From: an uncultured Chloroflexia bacterium
GTDB taxonomy: Bacteria > Chloroflexota > Limnocylindria > Limnocylindrales > CSP1-4
Reading direction: 5' to 3'
Assembly (NCBI GenBank): GCA_963813535.1
Contig: CAWEZH010000002.1
Span: 544,001-608,000 of the forward strand
DNA: 64,000 nt
Positions 1 to 12,064 of the stretch are shown piece by piece; the stretch's first letter is position 1, and each line of letters begins with the position of its first letter. A program made the position numbers and the translations under genes. The notes beneath the pieces are model-generated. The model was not told the DNA's origin. It did no database searches and saw only the letters and a program-made list of their open reading frames with translations.

Positions 1-495
1 GACCAGCTGCGGATCTGGGCCGACCGCGCCGGGGTGCCGGTCGTCGCCCACGCACCGGGCGCCGACCCGGGCGCCGTCGTCTACGACGCCCTCGATGCCG
101 CGGTCGCCCGCAACGCCGACCTGGTCATCGCCGACACGGCCGGGCGGCTGCACACGAAGTCGAACCTCATGGACGAGCTGATCAAGGTCCGCCGGATCGT
201 CGACAAGCGGCTGCCCGACGCGCAGCCGGAGACGCTGTTCGTCCTCGATGCCACGACCGGCCAGAACGGCCTCGCGCAGGCGAAGGCCTTCCACGAGGCC
301 GTCGGTCTCACCGGGATCGTGCTCACGAAGCTCGACTCGACGGCCAAGGGCGGCATCGTCTTCGCGATCGAGGACGGGCTGAAGGTGCCGGTCCGGTTCG
401 TCGGGGTGGGGGAGGGGATCAACGACCTCCTGCCGTTCGACCCGGAGGCGTTCGTCGCGGCCCTGTTCGGGGAGGCTCAGGCGCCCACCGGCTGA
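1..495 (+). CDS. ftsY: Signal recognition particle receptor FtsY (5' truncated by window edge)
   Basis: SRP GTPase motifs [34 protein letters not shown]. Confidence 0.95.
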   Translation, partial: DQLRIWADRAGVPVVAHAPGADPGAVVYDALDAAVARNADLVIADTAGRLHTKSNLMDELIKVRRIVDKRLPDAQPETLFVLDATTGQNGLAQAKAFHEAVGLTGIVLTKLDSTAKGGIVFAIEDGLKVPVRFVGVGEGINDLLPFDPEAFVAALFGEAQAPTG

Positions 496-1787
496 TCGCG
501 CTCCACGTCGAGTGCCACCTCGGCCGGCGTGCGCCGATCCATCGATGGCAGCTCACGGAGGGAGCGTACCGGCGACCAGTACAGGATCGCTGCGGCAAGC
601 AGACCGCCGAGCGGCGCGAGGAACGACGTCAGCCGCAGGCCGATCACCTCGGCGAGGAGGCCCGCTCCGATCGTCGCGACGAGTTGTGCGCCAGCCGAGG
701 CCACCTGGAATGTGGAGGTGACCCGGCCAAGCTCCCTGTCAGGCACGAGCGACTGGCGGACGGAGGTCTCGGTCACGTCATAGACGGTGATCGCCGAGTC
801 CGCGACGAGCTGCTGCCCGAGCAGGAACGCGAGGGCCACCAACGGCAGACCGGCCGGCGCCAGCGGGATGAGCAGGTTGCCCAGCGCGGCGAGCAGCATC
901 GCCCCGATCGCGACCGGGCCGACGCCCCAGCGCTTCGTCGAACGCGTCGCCACGAGCGCGCCGATGAACGACGACGCGCCGCCCACGCCCGCGATGATGC
1001 CGATCTGCGCCGGCGTCACACTGAGCTCCTCGAGCGCGAAGAGGAACCACGTCGCGCCGAACACGCCCCATAGCATCGACATGAGCATCTGGGCCCCGAC
1101 GAACGCCCGGAGCACCGGGCTGGCGCGGACCACCCGCAGGCCGTGGCGGATCTCGTCGAGGACCGGCTCGCGTTCGGAGTGGGGCGGTGGCGGCGCCTCG
1201 GGCGTGCGCACCGTCAGCAGGAGGACCGCGGAGATCAGGTAGGTGACCGCGTTGATGACGATCGTGATCGGGCCGGTCAGGAGCTGGACGAGGAACCCAG
1301 CGATGCCGAACCCGGCGAACTCCGCCACCGACCCGCTGGCGGCCAGGGCGCTGTTCGCCTCGACCAGCCGCTGTCGCTCCACGATGGTCGGGAGGTACGC
1401 GTTGTCGGCCGCATCGAAGAACGTCGTCAGCACGGCGGCGAGACCCGCGACGGCGATGAGCTGCCACAGCTGGAGCGTCCCCAGCACGAACGAGATCGGG
1501 ATCGATCCGAGGAGCACGGCTCGACCGAGATCGGCCCAGATGAGCACCGGGCGCCGGCGCAAGCGATCGACCCAGGCGCCGGCCACCAGCCCGACGACGA
1601 GTGCCGCGGCGACGTCCATGCTGCGCAGGACCGCGACCTCGATGGCCCCGGCTCCCAGTATGAGGATCGCGACCAGCGGTAGTGCGATGCGGGTGATGAG
1701 CGACCCGAAGATCGAGATGCTGGCGGCAGCCCAGACCCGGACGAAGGCGTGGTTGCTCCAGAGGGGCGAGGCGAAGGGATTTCGCAC
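477..1787 (-). CDS. MFS transporter (DHA3/macrolide efflux-like)
   Basis: Multiple hydrophobic helices; motif [11 protein letters not shown]. Confidence 0.85.
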   Translation of the reverse strand: MRNPFASPLWSNHAFVRVWAAASISIFGSLITRIALPLVAILILGAGAIEVAVLRSMDVAAALVVGLVAGAWVDRLRRRPVLIWADLGRAVLLGSIPISFVLGTLQLWQLIAVAGLAAVLTTFFDAADNAYLPTIVERQRLVEANSALAASGSVAEFAGFGIAGFLVQLLTGPITIVINAVTYLISAVLLLTVRTPEAPPPPHSEREPVLDEIRHGLRVVRASPVLRAFVGAQMLMSMLWGVFGATWFLFALEELSVTPAQIGIIAGVGGASSFIGALVATRSTKRWGVGPVAIGAMLLAALGNLLIPLAPAGLPLVALAFLLGQQLVADSAITVYDVTETSVRQSLVPDRELGRVTSTFQVASAGAQLVATIGAGLLAEVIGLRLTSFLAPLGGLLAAAILYWSPVRSLRELPSMDRRTPAEVALDVERDQPVGA

Positions 1788-1888
1788 GAGCGCGCAGCAT
1801 AGCGGTGCGCCCGTCTGACCCGCGTCGTGGTGCGTTGGCGCCCACGTCCGGGACCATCGTCCCGGGCGCGTCCCAGCCGACCCTGCGT

Positions 1889-1894
1889 TACACT
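1889..1894 (+). promoter_or_regulatory. Putative -10 element (TACACT) upstream of ffh
   Basis: TANNNT hexamer in the intergenic region about 105 nt before the ffh start. Confidence 0.4.
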
Positions 1895-1998
1895 GCGCCC
1901 GCCTCGGTGCGTCAGAACTCGCGCACCACCCGACGCGCCGTCGCAGACCTGCGGTCGACGCGGCGGTCCATCACCTGCACCGGAGTCCCGATCCGACC

Positions 1999-3333
<1,335 letters not shown>

Positions 3334-3352
3334 TGCCGGGGGAGACCACGCG

Positions 3353-5218
3353 ATGACCGATCCCAACCGCCCCACGACCGATCCCGGGGCGACACCACCT
3401 CCTACCGCGCCGGCGCCTGGGCCAGCCCCGGACACCGACACCACGGCGGTACCGGTGCCGACCTCCGCCATCCGGCCGCCGCCCGCCTCGGGCACGCCAC
3501 GACCGAGTCGGGTGCGCTGGGTCGCCGCCGGCGTGTTGATCGCCCTTGTGATCGGGATCACTGGGCTCGCGACGCTGGTGCTCACCAGCTCGCAGACCTC
3601 GTCGGTCGTGCTCGGGTACGTCCCGACGGACAGCGTCGCCTTCGGCGAGCTCCGCCTGGACCTGCCCGGCGACCAGCGCCAGGAGGTCGGCGAGTTCCTG
3701 TCGAAGTTCCCGGGCTTCGCCGATCAGGCGGCGCTCGAGTCCAAGCTCGACGAGGTCCTCGATCGCCTCGTCTCGCAGGGGACCGACGGAAAGCAGACGT
3801 TCACCAAGGACATCAAGCCGTGGTTCGGCGGCCAGCTCGGGTTCGCGGTCGGACCGATCCCGGCCGGCGGCGCCCAGGGAGCCTCAGCGGGTGACGCTCG
3901 TGCGCTGATGATGCTGTCCGTCAAGGACGCGGCACTCGCGCAGGCGTGGTTCACCTCGACCATGCAGCAGGCCGGCGTGACCGCCACGACCGAGACGTAC
4001 AACGGCGCCACGCTCACCGTGTTCACGGACGCGAAGGTCGTCGATGAGCAGGCAGCATTCACCATCGTCGACGGCAAGGTCGCGCTGGCGGGCGACATCG
4101 CGTCCGTCAAGGCCGCGGTCGATACCAAGGGCAGTAGCGCCCTCGCGAAGAGCGACGCGGTGACCACGGCGCAGGCGGCCCTGCCCGGGGACGACATCGG
4201 CTCCATGTTCCTCGACGTCAAGGCGCTCTTCGAGGCCACGACCGAGGTGGTCGGCTCGGCCGCGTCGGTACCCCCGCTGGCCGACACGATCTCGGTCGTC
4301 CTGCCCGACTGGACGGCGATGCGCGTCCGCGTCGAGGGTGACGCCCTCCGGCTCGATGCGGTCAGCCAGCACAAGGCAGAGATGCCCGGACCCGATCAGA
4401 ACCGCGCGAACGGCGTGGCGGGCTTCGCGCCGCCATCGACCGTCGCACTGGTGGCCGGCAACGACCTCGGCACGACCCTGAAGGAGTGGATCGCCCTGTA
4501 TCGGGACGACCCCAGCCTCGCGGACACCTTCACCCAGCTCGACCAGGCCGCCGGCATGCTCGGCGGGCTCGACGCCCTGCTCGGCTGGATGGGCGATACG
4601 GGCGTGGTCATCGCCCCGAGTGGCGACACCGTCGAGGGCGGCGTCGTGTCGATCCCCGCGGACGCAGCGGCCGCCAAGCAGCTGCTGACGACGATCCGCA
4701 GCTTCCTCCAGTTCGGCGGTGCCCAGGGTGGCATCACCATCACCGACGAGCAGTACAACGGTCAGACCATCACGGTCATCGACCTCGGCGACCTGAGCGG
4801 GCTCGCGGGGATGGCCGGTGCACTCGGTGGCGGGGTGCTCCCCACGCCGCCATCCGGCATGCCGACGACGAACGTCCAGCTGGCCTATGTCGCCACCGAC
4901 GAGGTGATCGCCATCGGCAGCTCGCCCGACTTCATCAAGCATGTGCTCGATGCCGGCGCGGGTGCCTCGCTCGCCGACGACGCCCGCTACACCGACCTGC
5001 TCGGGCGGGTCGATGCCAGCCACAGCGGTGTCAGCTTCCTCGACCTGGCCGCGACCCGCGGGCTGATCGAGAGCAAGATGGCGACCGCATCGGCCGCCGA
5101 GAAGGCGGAGTACGAGGAGTCGATCAAGCCGTTCCTCGAACCACTCGATGCGCTCATGTCGACGGCGACCGTCGGCGGGAGCACCGACCAGACGCACACG
5201 ATCATCACGGTCAAGTGA
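3353..5218 (+). CDS. Membrane-anchored DUF3352-like protein
   Basis: Pro/Thr-rich N-terminus, one TM helix, DIKPWFGGQ motif and two-repeat extracytoplasmic body; family call from recall. Confidence 0.6.
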   Translation: MTDPNRPTTDPGATPPPTAPAPGPAPDTDTTAVPVPTSAIRPPPASGTPRPSRVRWVAAGVLIALVIGITGLATLVLTSSQTSSVVLGYVPTDSVAFGELRLDLPGDQRQEVGEFLSKFPGFADQAALESKLDEVLDRLVSQGTDGKQTFTKDIKPWFGGQLGFAVGPIPAGGAQGASAGDARALMMLSVKDAALAQAWFTSTMQQAGVTATTETYNGATLTVFTDAKVVDEQAAFTIVDGKVALAGDIASVKAAVDTKGSSALAKSDAVTTAQAALPGDDIGSMFLDVKALFEATTEVVGSAASVPPLADTISVVLPDWTAMRVRVEGDALRLDAVSQHKAEMPGPDQNRANGVAGFAPPSTVALVAGNDLGTTLKEWIALYRDDPSLADTFTQLDQAAGMLGGLDALLGWMGDTGVVIAPSGDTVEGGVVSIPADAAAAKQLLTTIRSFLQFGGAQGGITITDEQYNGQTITVIDLGDLSGLAGMAGALGGGVLPTPPSGMPTTNVQLAYVATDEVIAIGSSPDFIKHVLDAGAGASLADDARYTDLLGRVDASHSGVSFLDLAATRGLIESKMATASAAEKAEYEESIKPFLEPLDALMSTATVGGSTDQTHTIITVK

Positions 5219-5266
5219 GACGAGGTCCCCAGCCTCCTCGATAGTCCAAGGAGGGACGACGCACCC

Positions 5267-5521
5267 ATGGCAGTCCGCATCCGCCTGACGCGGGTCGGCG
5301 CGACCAAGCAGCCGAGTTACCGGCTCGTGGTCGCCGACGCCCGCAGCGCGCGTGACAGTCGCGCGATCGACACGATCGGGCACTACAACCCGCGCACCGA
5401 CCCGATCGAGCTCAACGTCGACGAAGACAAGGCCAAGGCGTGGCTCGCGAAGGGCGCCCAGCCCTCCGACACCGTCACCCGCCTGTTCAAGCGGGCGGGC
5501 ATCCTGCCCGCCGGCAAGTAG
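5267..5521 (+). CDS. rpsP: 30S ribosomal protein S16
   Basis: MAVRIRLTRVG...YRLVVADAR...GAQPSDTV. Confidence 0.98.
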   Translation: MAVRIRLTRVGATKQPSYRLVVADARSARDSRAIDTIGHYNPRTDPIELNVDEDKAKAWLAKGAQPSDTVTRLFKRAGILPAGK

Positions 5522-5530
5522 GAGCACCCG

Positions 5531-5764
5531 ATGGCAGCCAAGGATCTGGTCGAGTACGTCGCGAAGTCGCTGGTCGACGATCCCGACGCCGTCAAGGTCG
5601 ACGTCATCGAGGAGGACGGCGCGACCGTCATCGAGCTCCACGTCGCCGACGACGACATGGGCAAGGTCATCGGGCGGAACGGCAGCGTCGCCAAGGCGCT
5701 CCGCACCCTGCTCAAGGTGACGGCCGCCAGGGACGGCGAACCCGTCCAGCTCGAGATCGTCTGA
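5531..5764 (+). CDS. khpA: KH-domain RNA-binding protein KhpA
   Basis: DMGKVIGRNG GxxG loop; conserved position after rpsP. Confidence 0.9.
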   Translation: MAAKDLVEYVAKSLVDDPDAVKVDVIEEDGATVIELHVADDDMGKVIGRNGSVAKALRTLLKVTAARDGEPVQLEIV

Positions 5765-5777
5765 CCGGACGGCCCTC

Positions 5778-6398
5778 GTGGCTGAGGACCAGCCCGCGTC
5801 GGCCCAGCGCCTGGTCGTCGCGCTGGTCCGCGGGCTGCATGGCCTGCGCGGCGCCGTCCGGGTGGAGGTCCTGACCGACCGACCCGAGGACCGCTTTCGC
5901 CCGGATGTCGTGCTCTACCGCGAAACGTCCGACGAGCCGCTCACGATCGCATCGGCCGAGCCCGTCGCCGACGGGCCAGGCTGGCGACTGCGGTTCCGTG
6001 AGATCGCGACGCGCGAGGAGGCGGACGGACTCCGCGACGCCTACCTCGAGACGGTGGTCCATCCGGTCGCGGATCTCACCCGCGGCGAGGTCTACTGGCA
6101 CGAGGTGCTCGGCGTGACCGTGCGGGGCCTGGATGACACCGAGTTGGGCGTCGTCGAGGACATCTATCGGGTCGGCGAGAACGAGGTCTACGTCGTTCGC
6201 GGCGAACCGTTCGGCACCTTCGACCTGCCTGCTGTGCGCGCCTTCATCCGCATCTTTGCCCCGCGGAGGGGCGAGATCGTGGTCGATGTCGACGCGCTCG
6301 ACCTCAAGCCGCCGAAACGGAGGCCGCCGCCCGGTGAACGGCCGCGGGCACCGCGGCGGGCGACGCGTCGGCCTCGACCGCCGGAGGGCGTGGCGTGA
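5778..6398 (+). CDS. rimM: Ribosome maturation factor RimM
   Basis: [19 protein letters not shown] barrel; synteny. Confidence 0.92.
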   Translation: MAEDQPASAQRLVVALVRGLHGLRGAVRVEVLTDRPEDRFRPDVVLYRETSDEPLTIASAEPVADGPGWRLRFREIATREEADGLRDAYLETVVHPVADLTRGEVYWHEVLGVTVRGLDDTELGVVEDIYRVGENEVYVVRGEPFGTFDLPAVRAFIRIFAPRRGEIVVDVDALDLKPPKRRPPPGERPRAPRRATRRPRPPEGVA

Positions 6399-7069
6399 CC
6401 CTCGAGATCGACGTCCTGGCCCTGTTCCCGTCGATGGTGTCCGGGCCGTTGTCCGAGAGCATCCCCGGCCGGATCCTGGAACGGGGTGTCGCGACGGTCC
6501 GGGTCCACGATCTGCGCGAGTTCGGCCTGGGTCGTCATCGATCGGTCGACGACACGCCGTACGGCGGTGGCGCCGGGATGGTCATGCGGGTCGAGCCGGT
6601 CGTGGCGGCGATCGAGTCGGTCCGCCGGTCCGAGTCGCTGGTCATCCTCCTCGACCCGGGTGGCGAGGTGTTCGGCCAGACCCGGGCATCCGACCTTGCG
6701 ACCCGCGAGCACCTCGTCTTCGTCTGTCCGCGCTACGAGGGGGTCGACGAACGGATCCGCGCATTCGTCGATCTCGAGCTGTCGATCGGCGACTACGTGT
6801 TGACGGGCGGGGAGCTGCCGGCGGTCGTCGTGATCGACGCCGTGCTGCGGCTGTTGCCCGGAGCGATCGACGAGGCGTCGACGGACGAGGAGTCCTTCAG
6901 CGGAGGGCTGCTGGAATACCCGCAGTACACGCGTCCGCCGTCGTTCCGAGGGATGGAGGTCCCGCCGATCCTCACGTCGGGCGACCACGGTGCCGTCGCG
7001 GCGTGGCGCCGGGAGCGATCGATCGAGCGGACACGAGCCCGCCGCCCGGACCTGCTGCCCGAGGACTGA
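6395..7069 (+). CDS. trmD: tRNA (guanine37-N1)-methyltransferase
   Basis: [33 protein letters not shown]. Confidence 0.98.
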   Translation: MTLEIDVLALFPSMVSGPLSESIPGRILERGVATVRVHDLREFGLGRHRSVDDTPYGGGAGMVMRVEPVVAAIESVRRSESLVILLDPGGEVFGQTRASDLATREHLVFVCPRYEGVDERIRAFVDLELSIGDYVLTGGELPAVVVIDAVLRLLPGAIDEASTDEESFSGGLLEYPQYTRPPSFRGMEVPPILTSGDHGAVAAWRRERSIERTRARRPDLLPED

Positions 7070-7092
7070 CCAGCGGCCGCGCGTCCGACGCG

Positions 7093-7101
7093 TGGTATAC
7101 T
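7093..7101 (+). promoter_or_regulatory. Extended -10 promoter (TGGTATACT) for rplS
   Basis: TGn-TATACT in the trmD-rplS spacer. Confidence 0.6.
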
Positions 7102-7182
7102 CCGCCGCCGGTCGCCCACCACGCGGCCCTTCCCATCGCCCGACCCGCAGCTTCGGCTGCCCATCATTCAAGGAACCGCCGC

Positions 7183-7527
7183 GTGAACGTGCTCGACGAG
7201 ATCGTCCAGGACCAGCTCCGTACCGACCTGCCCGAGCTTGCGACGGGTGACACGGTCAAGGTGTCCGCCAAGGTCGTCGAGGGTAACCGCGAGCGCATCC
7301 AGGTCTTCGAGGGGATAGTCATGCGCCTGCGTGGTGGCGGCATCACGCGGTCGATCACGGTCCGGCGCATCGCGTCCGGCGTCGGTGTCGAGCGGACGTT
7401 CAAGATCCATAGCCCGCGCATCGACAAGATCGAGGTGCTGCGCCACGGCGAAGTCCGCCGCGCGCAGCTGTACTTCCTCCGCAAGCGCGTCGGCAAGGCC
7501 GCCACCCTGCGCGAGCGCCGCAGCTAG
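7183..7527 (+). CDS. rplS: 50S ribosomal protein L19
   Basis: GDTVKV...ERIQVFEG...GVGVERTF...[10 protein letters not shown]; GTG start after AAGGA. Confidence 0.97.
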   Translation: MNVLDEIVQDQLRTDLPELATGDTVKVSAKVVEGNRERIQVFEGIVMRLRGGGITRSITVRRIASGVGVERTFKIHSPRIDKIEVLRHGEVRRAQLYFLRKRVGKAATLRERRS

Positions 7528-7587
7528 TCGCCCCGCCTGGCTGATGACCGCGACCGCAGGTCGCGACCCGCGGTACCCTGATGGCCG

Positions 7588-8361
7588 ATGGCCGTCATCG
7601 TCCCGACCCTCCGCCACGAACGCCGTCTCTGGAACGCGGGTCTGACCCGCGTCGTCGGGGTCGATGAGGTCGGTGTCGCTCCGACGTGTGGCGCTGTCGT
7701 CGCCGCGGCCGTGATCATGAAGCCCGGCTGCCATCGGATCCCGGGCGTCCGCGACTCGAAGACGCTGTCGATGCAGCAGCGCGACCGACTCGCACCTATC
7801 ATCCGCAAGCGCGCCGTGGCGATCGGCGTCGGTGCGGCCTCGGTCCGCGAGATCGACCAGCTCAACATCTATCACGCGACCCATCTCGCCATGCGCCGGG
7901 CGATCGCGCGCGTCGGCGACCACGAGCATGTCATCGTCGATGGCAACCGGATCGTCGGCTTCGAGCAGCAGGTCGGGCCGTACTCGAACGTCATCGACGG
8001 AGACGCCAAGGTGTATTCGATCGCATGCGCGTCGATCGTGGCCAAGGTGGTACGGGACCGGATGATGATCAAGCTGGCCGCCCGGTACCCGGGCTACGGC
8101 TGGGAGCACAACCAGGGCTACGCCACGCGGGACCATCGCGACGCCATCCGCGCCCTCGGGCTGACGCCCTTCCATCGGCGCTCGTTCCTGGCCCTCCAGC
8201 GAACGCTGGCGGGCGATCAGCTCGACTTCGACCTGCTCGGGGATCCCGCGGCGTCCCCCGAGCTCCACGAGATGCTCGACCGCGAGCTCGTGCCGGTGAT
8301 GGCCGATGACGCGGCCCTCGATGCCGACGATCTCCTGGCCCTCGAGGCCGCATCCGCCTGA
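7588..8361 (+). CDS. rnhB: Ribonuclease HII (atypical motif 1)
   Basis: GVDEVG, DSKTL, VDGN, SIACASIVAKVVRD, GY, HRRSF; follows rplS. Confidence 0.92.
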   Translation: MAVIVPTLRHERRLWNAGLTRVVGVDEVGVAPTCGAVVAAAVIMKPGCHRIPGVRDSKTLSMQQRDRLAPIIRKRAVAIGVGAASVREIDQLNIYHATHLAMRRAIARVGDHEHVIVDGNRIVGFEQQVGPYSNVIDGDAKVYSIACASIVAKVVRDRMMIKLAARYPGYGWEHNQGYATRDHRDAIRALGLTPFHRRSFLALQRTLAGDQLDFDLLGDPAASPELHEMLDRELVPVMADDAALDADDLLALEAASA

Positions 8362-8423
8362 CATAAGCGCGAGCGAAGTCGGCGATACGTGACGGTCGAC
8401 CGGCGCTCGTCATGATGCGGGGC

Positions 8424-8837
8424 ATGGAAGAGTCGACCGTCTCGCCGACGCGGACCGCTGCTCAGCAGGCAGGTGACACCGCCGAATCGCTGGTCCTGGT
8501 CCGCCTCCTCGACGCCGGTTGGACCATCCTGGCCCGGAACGTCCATGTCGGCCGTCATGAGCTCGATCTCGTGGCGGTCGACCCGGGTCCTCCGACGACC
8601 CTCGTGATCGTCGAAGTGCGCTGGCGCGCGTCGCGCGGCTTCGGATTGCCCGAGGAGACGGTCGACCATCGCAAGCGCAGACACGTCCGGATGGCGACAT
8701 ACGGCCTGCGAGATCGTGGCGTGCTGCCGGACGGGAGCCCGCTACCACGCTTGCCCGTGCGGTTCGACCTCGTGGTGGTCGAGCCGGCGACGAGGGGAGG
8801 GGACCCGACCGTCCGCCACCACCGCGCGGCGTTCTAG
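8424..8837 (+). CDS. YraN (UPF0102) family protein
   Basis: ILARN, ELDLVA, VEVRWR, VRFDLV; synteny with rnhB. Confidence 0.85.
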   Translation: MEESTVSPTRTAAQQAGDTAESLVLVRLLDAGWTILARNVHVGRHELDLVAVDPGPPTTLVIVEVRWRASRGFGLPEETVDHRKRRHVRMATYGLRDRGVLPDGSPLPRLPVRFDLVVVEPATRGGDPTVRHHRAAF

Positions 8838-8887
8838 GGTCACACCGGCGGCCTCCTGACCAGCCGCCAGGGGTCGGCGAGACCCTG

Positions 8888-8896
8888 TGCTACACT
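8888..8896 (+). promoter_or_regulatory. Extended -10 promoter (TGCTACACT) for rpsB-tsf
   Basis: TGn-TACACT upstream of the rpsB leader. Confidence 0.65.
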
Positions 8897-8965
8897 CCGC
8901 GCCGGTCCGGCCCAGCACCGGTCCAAGCACACACGATCGCCCGCCGGCCACGGCCGAGCGGAGCT

Positions 8966-9052
8966 CACACGCGGACCGTTCCCACCGAGGCGGTGCCGGC
9001 CGATCCACGGCCGGTCCCCGGCGAGCAGCGAGGGTCCGCGGAGGAACCAACC
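8966..9052 (+). ncRNA. rpsB leader / t44-like cis-regulatory RNA (S2 autoregulation)
   Basis: CACACGCGGACC...GGTGCC...GGTCCGCGGAGG..AACC layout with complementary outer stem, in the rpsB 5' UTR. Confidence 0.7.
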
Positions 9053-9070
9053 GACAGGAGGTCGCCCATC

Positions 9071-10045
9071 ATGCCGTCCGTCTCCATGCGGCAACTGCTC
9101 GAGGCCGGAGTCCACTTCGGCCACCAGACCCGCCGCTGGAACCCCAAGATGCGCCCGTACATCTTCGCGGAGCGCAACGGGATCCACATCATCGACCTTG
9201 CCCAGACGGTGCAGCGCCTCGACGTGGCGCTCGAAGCGGTGCGCGAGACCGTGGCTCGTGGCGAGCAGGTGCTGTTCGTCGGCACGAAGAAGCAAGCCCA
9301 GGAGCCCATCGTCGCCGAGGCGACACGCGCCAACCAGCCGTATGTCAACAAGCGCTGGCTCGGCGGGATGCTGACCAACTTCACGACCATCAAGAAGCGC
9401 ATCGGCCTGCTCGAGCAGCTCGAGGCCCGCCAGGGTGCCGGCGACTTCGAGCGGATGACCAAGAAGGAAGCCGCCAAGCTGACCGAGGAGATGACCAAGC
9501 TCCAGGGCACCGTGGGCGGCATGCGCAAGATGAAGCGGCTGCCCGGCGCGATCTTCGTGATCGACCCGCATCGCGAGCGCATCGCGGTGACCGAGGCCAA
9601 CAAGCTCGAGATCCCGGTGGTCGGGACGGGCGACACCAACGTCGACCCCGACGAGCTCGACTTCATCATCCCGGCAAACGACGACGCCATCCGCGCGATC
9701 CGGCTGCTCTGCACGCTCGTCGCCGAGGCCGCCATCGAGGGTGCCGAGGAGCGCGCGACCCGCGCCGTCACCGAGCCGGAGATCATCGAGCCGGCTGCGA
9801 TGGCAGACGGCGAGGAAGAAGCGCCGGGCGCCAGCGACGAGCTCGTCGCCGCCCTCGCGGGGGGTGCCGCGCTCACGTTCGAGCCGGACGCCGACGAGGA
9901 CGACCTGCTGCCGGGCGACCGAGTCGCTCGTGCCGAGGCCGCGGTGGCCGAGGCAGCGGAGGCGGCCGAGGCGACTCCCGAGGAGATCGCCGCGGAGCTC
10001 GCGCGCGAGGCGGCCGAGAAGGCCGAGACCGACAACCCGGCCTGA
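9071..10045 (+). CDS. rpsB: 30S ribosomal protein S2 with acidic C-terminal extension
   Basis: LLEAGVHFGHQTRRWNPKM, RWLGGMLTNF, PANDDAIRA. Confidence 0.98.
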   Translation: MPSVSMRQLLEAGVHFGHQTRRWNPKMRPYIFAERNGIHIIDLAQTVQRLDVALEAVRETVARGEQVLFVGTKKQAQEPIVAEATRANQPYVNKRWLGGMLTNFTTIKKRIGLLEQLEARQGAGDFERMTKKEAAKLTEEMTKLQGTVGGMRKMKRLPGAIFVIDPHRERIAVTEANKLEIPVVGTGDTNVDPDELDFIIPANDDAIRAIRLLCTLVAEAAIEGAEERATRAVTEPEIIEPAAMADGEEEAPGASDELVAALAGGAALTFEPDADEDDLLPGDRVARAEAAVAEAAEAAEATPEEIAAELAREAAEKAETDNPA

Positions 10046-10149
10046 TCCGATGACGGCCGCCTCGCGGCCGCCGATCAGGCACGAACGACGACCATCACTG
10101 CGGCGCCCCGAGGCGCCCGCACCTCACCAGGACAGGAGCACACCCACCC

Positions 10150-10749
10150 ATGGCGGACATCTCGGCCGAGCTGGTCAAGGAACTGCGCGACCGCACCGGT
10201 GCCGGGTTCATGGATTGCAAGAAGGCCCTCACCGAGGCCGACGGCGATCTCGAGAAGGCGACCACCATCCTCCGCGAGCGCGGCCTGGCGGCCGCGGCCA
10301 AGAAGTCGGGCCGTGAGGCTCGCGAAGGCCTGGTCTCGAGCTACATCCATACCGGCGGTCGTGTCGGCGTGCTCATCGAGGTCAATTGCGAGACGGACTT
10401 CGTCGCCCGCACGGACGAGTTCCAGCGGCTGGTCAAGGACCTCGCGGTCCAGGTCGCCGGGCTCGCGCCGCTCTATGTCGACCGCGACGCGATCCCGCCG
10501 TCCGAGGTCCAGGCCAGGAAGGCCGAGTTGCTCGCCGACGAGTCGGTGCAGAAGAAGCCCGAAAGCATCCGTGGGCAGATCGTCGAGGGCCAGCTCAACA
10601 AGTGGTATGCCCAGGTGTGCCTGGTCGACCAGCCATTCCGCGATGAGGAGCGGTCCGTGGGCGAGCTGATCACGGATCGGATCGCCACGATCGGCGAGAA
10701 CATCGTCGTCCGACGGTTCACGCGCTACGCCCTCGGGGAGGACCTGTGA
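10150..10749 (+). CDS. tsf: Elongation factor Ts (short form)
   Basis: [30 protein letters not shown]. Confidence 0.97.
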   Translation: MADISAELVKELRDRTGAGFMDCKKALTEADGDLEKATTILRERGLAAAAKKSGREAREGLVSSYIHTGGRVGVLIEVNCETDFVARTDEFQRLVKDLAVQVAGLAPLYVDRDAIPPSEVQARKAELLADESVQKKPESIRGQIVEGQLNKWYAQVCLVDQPFRDEERSVGELITDRIATIGENIVVRRFTRYALGEDL

Positions 10750-11510
10750 GCGATACGGCACCCGCCATGGTGGCCGACGGCCGCGGTGTCGGGTTCCGCC
10801 GGATCCTGCTCAAGCTCTCCGGCGAGGCACTGCTGGGCGATCGGCCGTACGGTGTCGATCCCGCGTTCTGCGCGTTCATCGCGGACCAGGTGAAGCACGT
10901 CCACGATCAGGGCGTCCAGGTCGGCATCGTGGTCGGCGGTGGCAACATCTTCCGCGGTCTGGCCGCCGCGGCGCGCGGCATGGACCGTGCCACCGGCGAC
11001 TACATCGGCATGCTCGCGACGGTCATGAACGGGCTCGCGCTACAGGACGCCCTCGAGAAGGCAAGTGTCCCGACCCGGGTGATGACCGCCATCGCGATGA
11101 ACGAGGTGGCAGAGCCGTATATCCGGCGTCGTGCGATCCGTCACCTCGAGAAGGGCCGCGTCGCGATCTTCGTGGCGGGCACCGGCAATCCGTACTTCAC
11201 CACCGACACGGCTGCTGCGTTGCGGGCCGTCGAGATCAACGCCGAGGTGCTGCTCAAGGCCACCAAGGTCGATGGCGTCTACGACAAGGACCCGATGACG
11301 AACGACGGAGCCCGCAGGTACGCTCGTCTCGACTACGCCGATCTGCTGCGCGACCAGCTCAAGGTCATGGACGCGGCGGCGATCAGCCTGTGCATGGAGA
11401 ACGACCTCCCGATCATCGTCTTCGACCTCAATCAGCCCGACAACATCACGAAGGTCGCGACCGGCGAACCGGTCGGGACGCTCATCACGAGCGGAGGACC
11501 GACTGCATGA
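10746..11510 (+). CDS. pyrH: UMP kinase
   Basis: [25 protein letters not shown]. Confidence 0.98.
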   Translation: MSDTAPAMVADGRGVGFRRILLKLSGEALLGDRPYGVDPAFCAFIADQVKHVHDQGVQVGIVVGGGNIFRGLAAAARGMDRATGDYIGMLATVMNGLALQDALEKASVPTRVMTAIAMNEVAEPYIRRRAIRHLEKGRVAIFVAGTGNPYFTTDTAAALRAVEINAEVLLKATKVDGVYDKDPMTNDGARRYARLDYADLLRDQLKVMDAAAISLCMENDLPIIVFDLNQPDNITKVATGEPVGTLITSGGPTA

Positions 11511-12064
11511 GCACCGAGATCCTCACCGACGCCGATCAGAAGATGACCCGCGCGATCGACGCCATGGAGCGGGATTTCCAGGCGGTCCGGACGGGTCGTG
11601 CGTCGACCGCGCTCGTCGAGCGCATCCTGGTCGACTACTACGGCACCCAGACGCCGCTCAACCAGCTGGCCGGCATCAGCGTCCCGGAACCGCACCAGAT
11701 CGTCATCCAGCCATGGGACCGCAGCGTCCTCGGCGCCATCGAGAAGGCGATCACCAAGAGCGACATCGGACTCACGCCGAACGTCGACGGCGCCGTCGTC
11801 CGGCTGAACATCCCGCCCCTGACCGAGGAACGTCGCAAGGAGCTGGTCCGGGTCGTCCACAAGCGCATGGAGGAGGCGCGCGTCGAGATCCGGAACATCC
11901 GACGGGACGCCAACGACCACCTCAAGCGCGAGGAGCGTGACGGCGGCGTGGGCACCGACGAATCGCACCGCCAGACCGACACCCTCCAGAAGACGACCGA
12001 CCGGCACATCGCCGAGGTCGACCGGCGTGGCGCGGCCAAGGAGCAGGAGGTCCTCGAGGTCTAA
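11507..12064 (+). CDS. frr: Ribosome recycling factor
   Basis: [23 protein letters not shown]. Confidence 0.97.
   Translation: MSTEILTDADQKMTRAIDAMERDFQAVRTGRASTALVERILVDYYGTQTPLNQLAGISVPEPHQIVIQPWDRSVLGAIEKAITKSDIGLTPNVDGAVVRLNIPPLTEERRKELVRVVHKRMEEARVEIRNIRRDANDHLKREERDGGVGTDESHRQTDTLQKTTDRHIAEVDRRGAAKEQEVLEV

Noticed and set aside
1895-1998. SRP RNA upstream of ffh
   Set aside because: GC-rich hairpin potential only; no helix-8 GGAA tetraloop with its conserved internal loop was seen.
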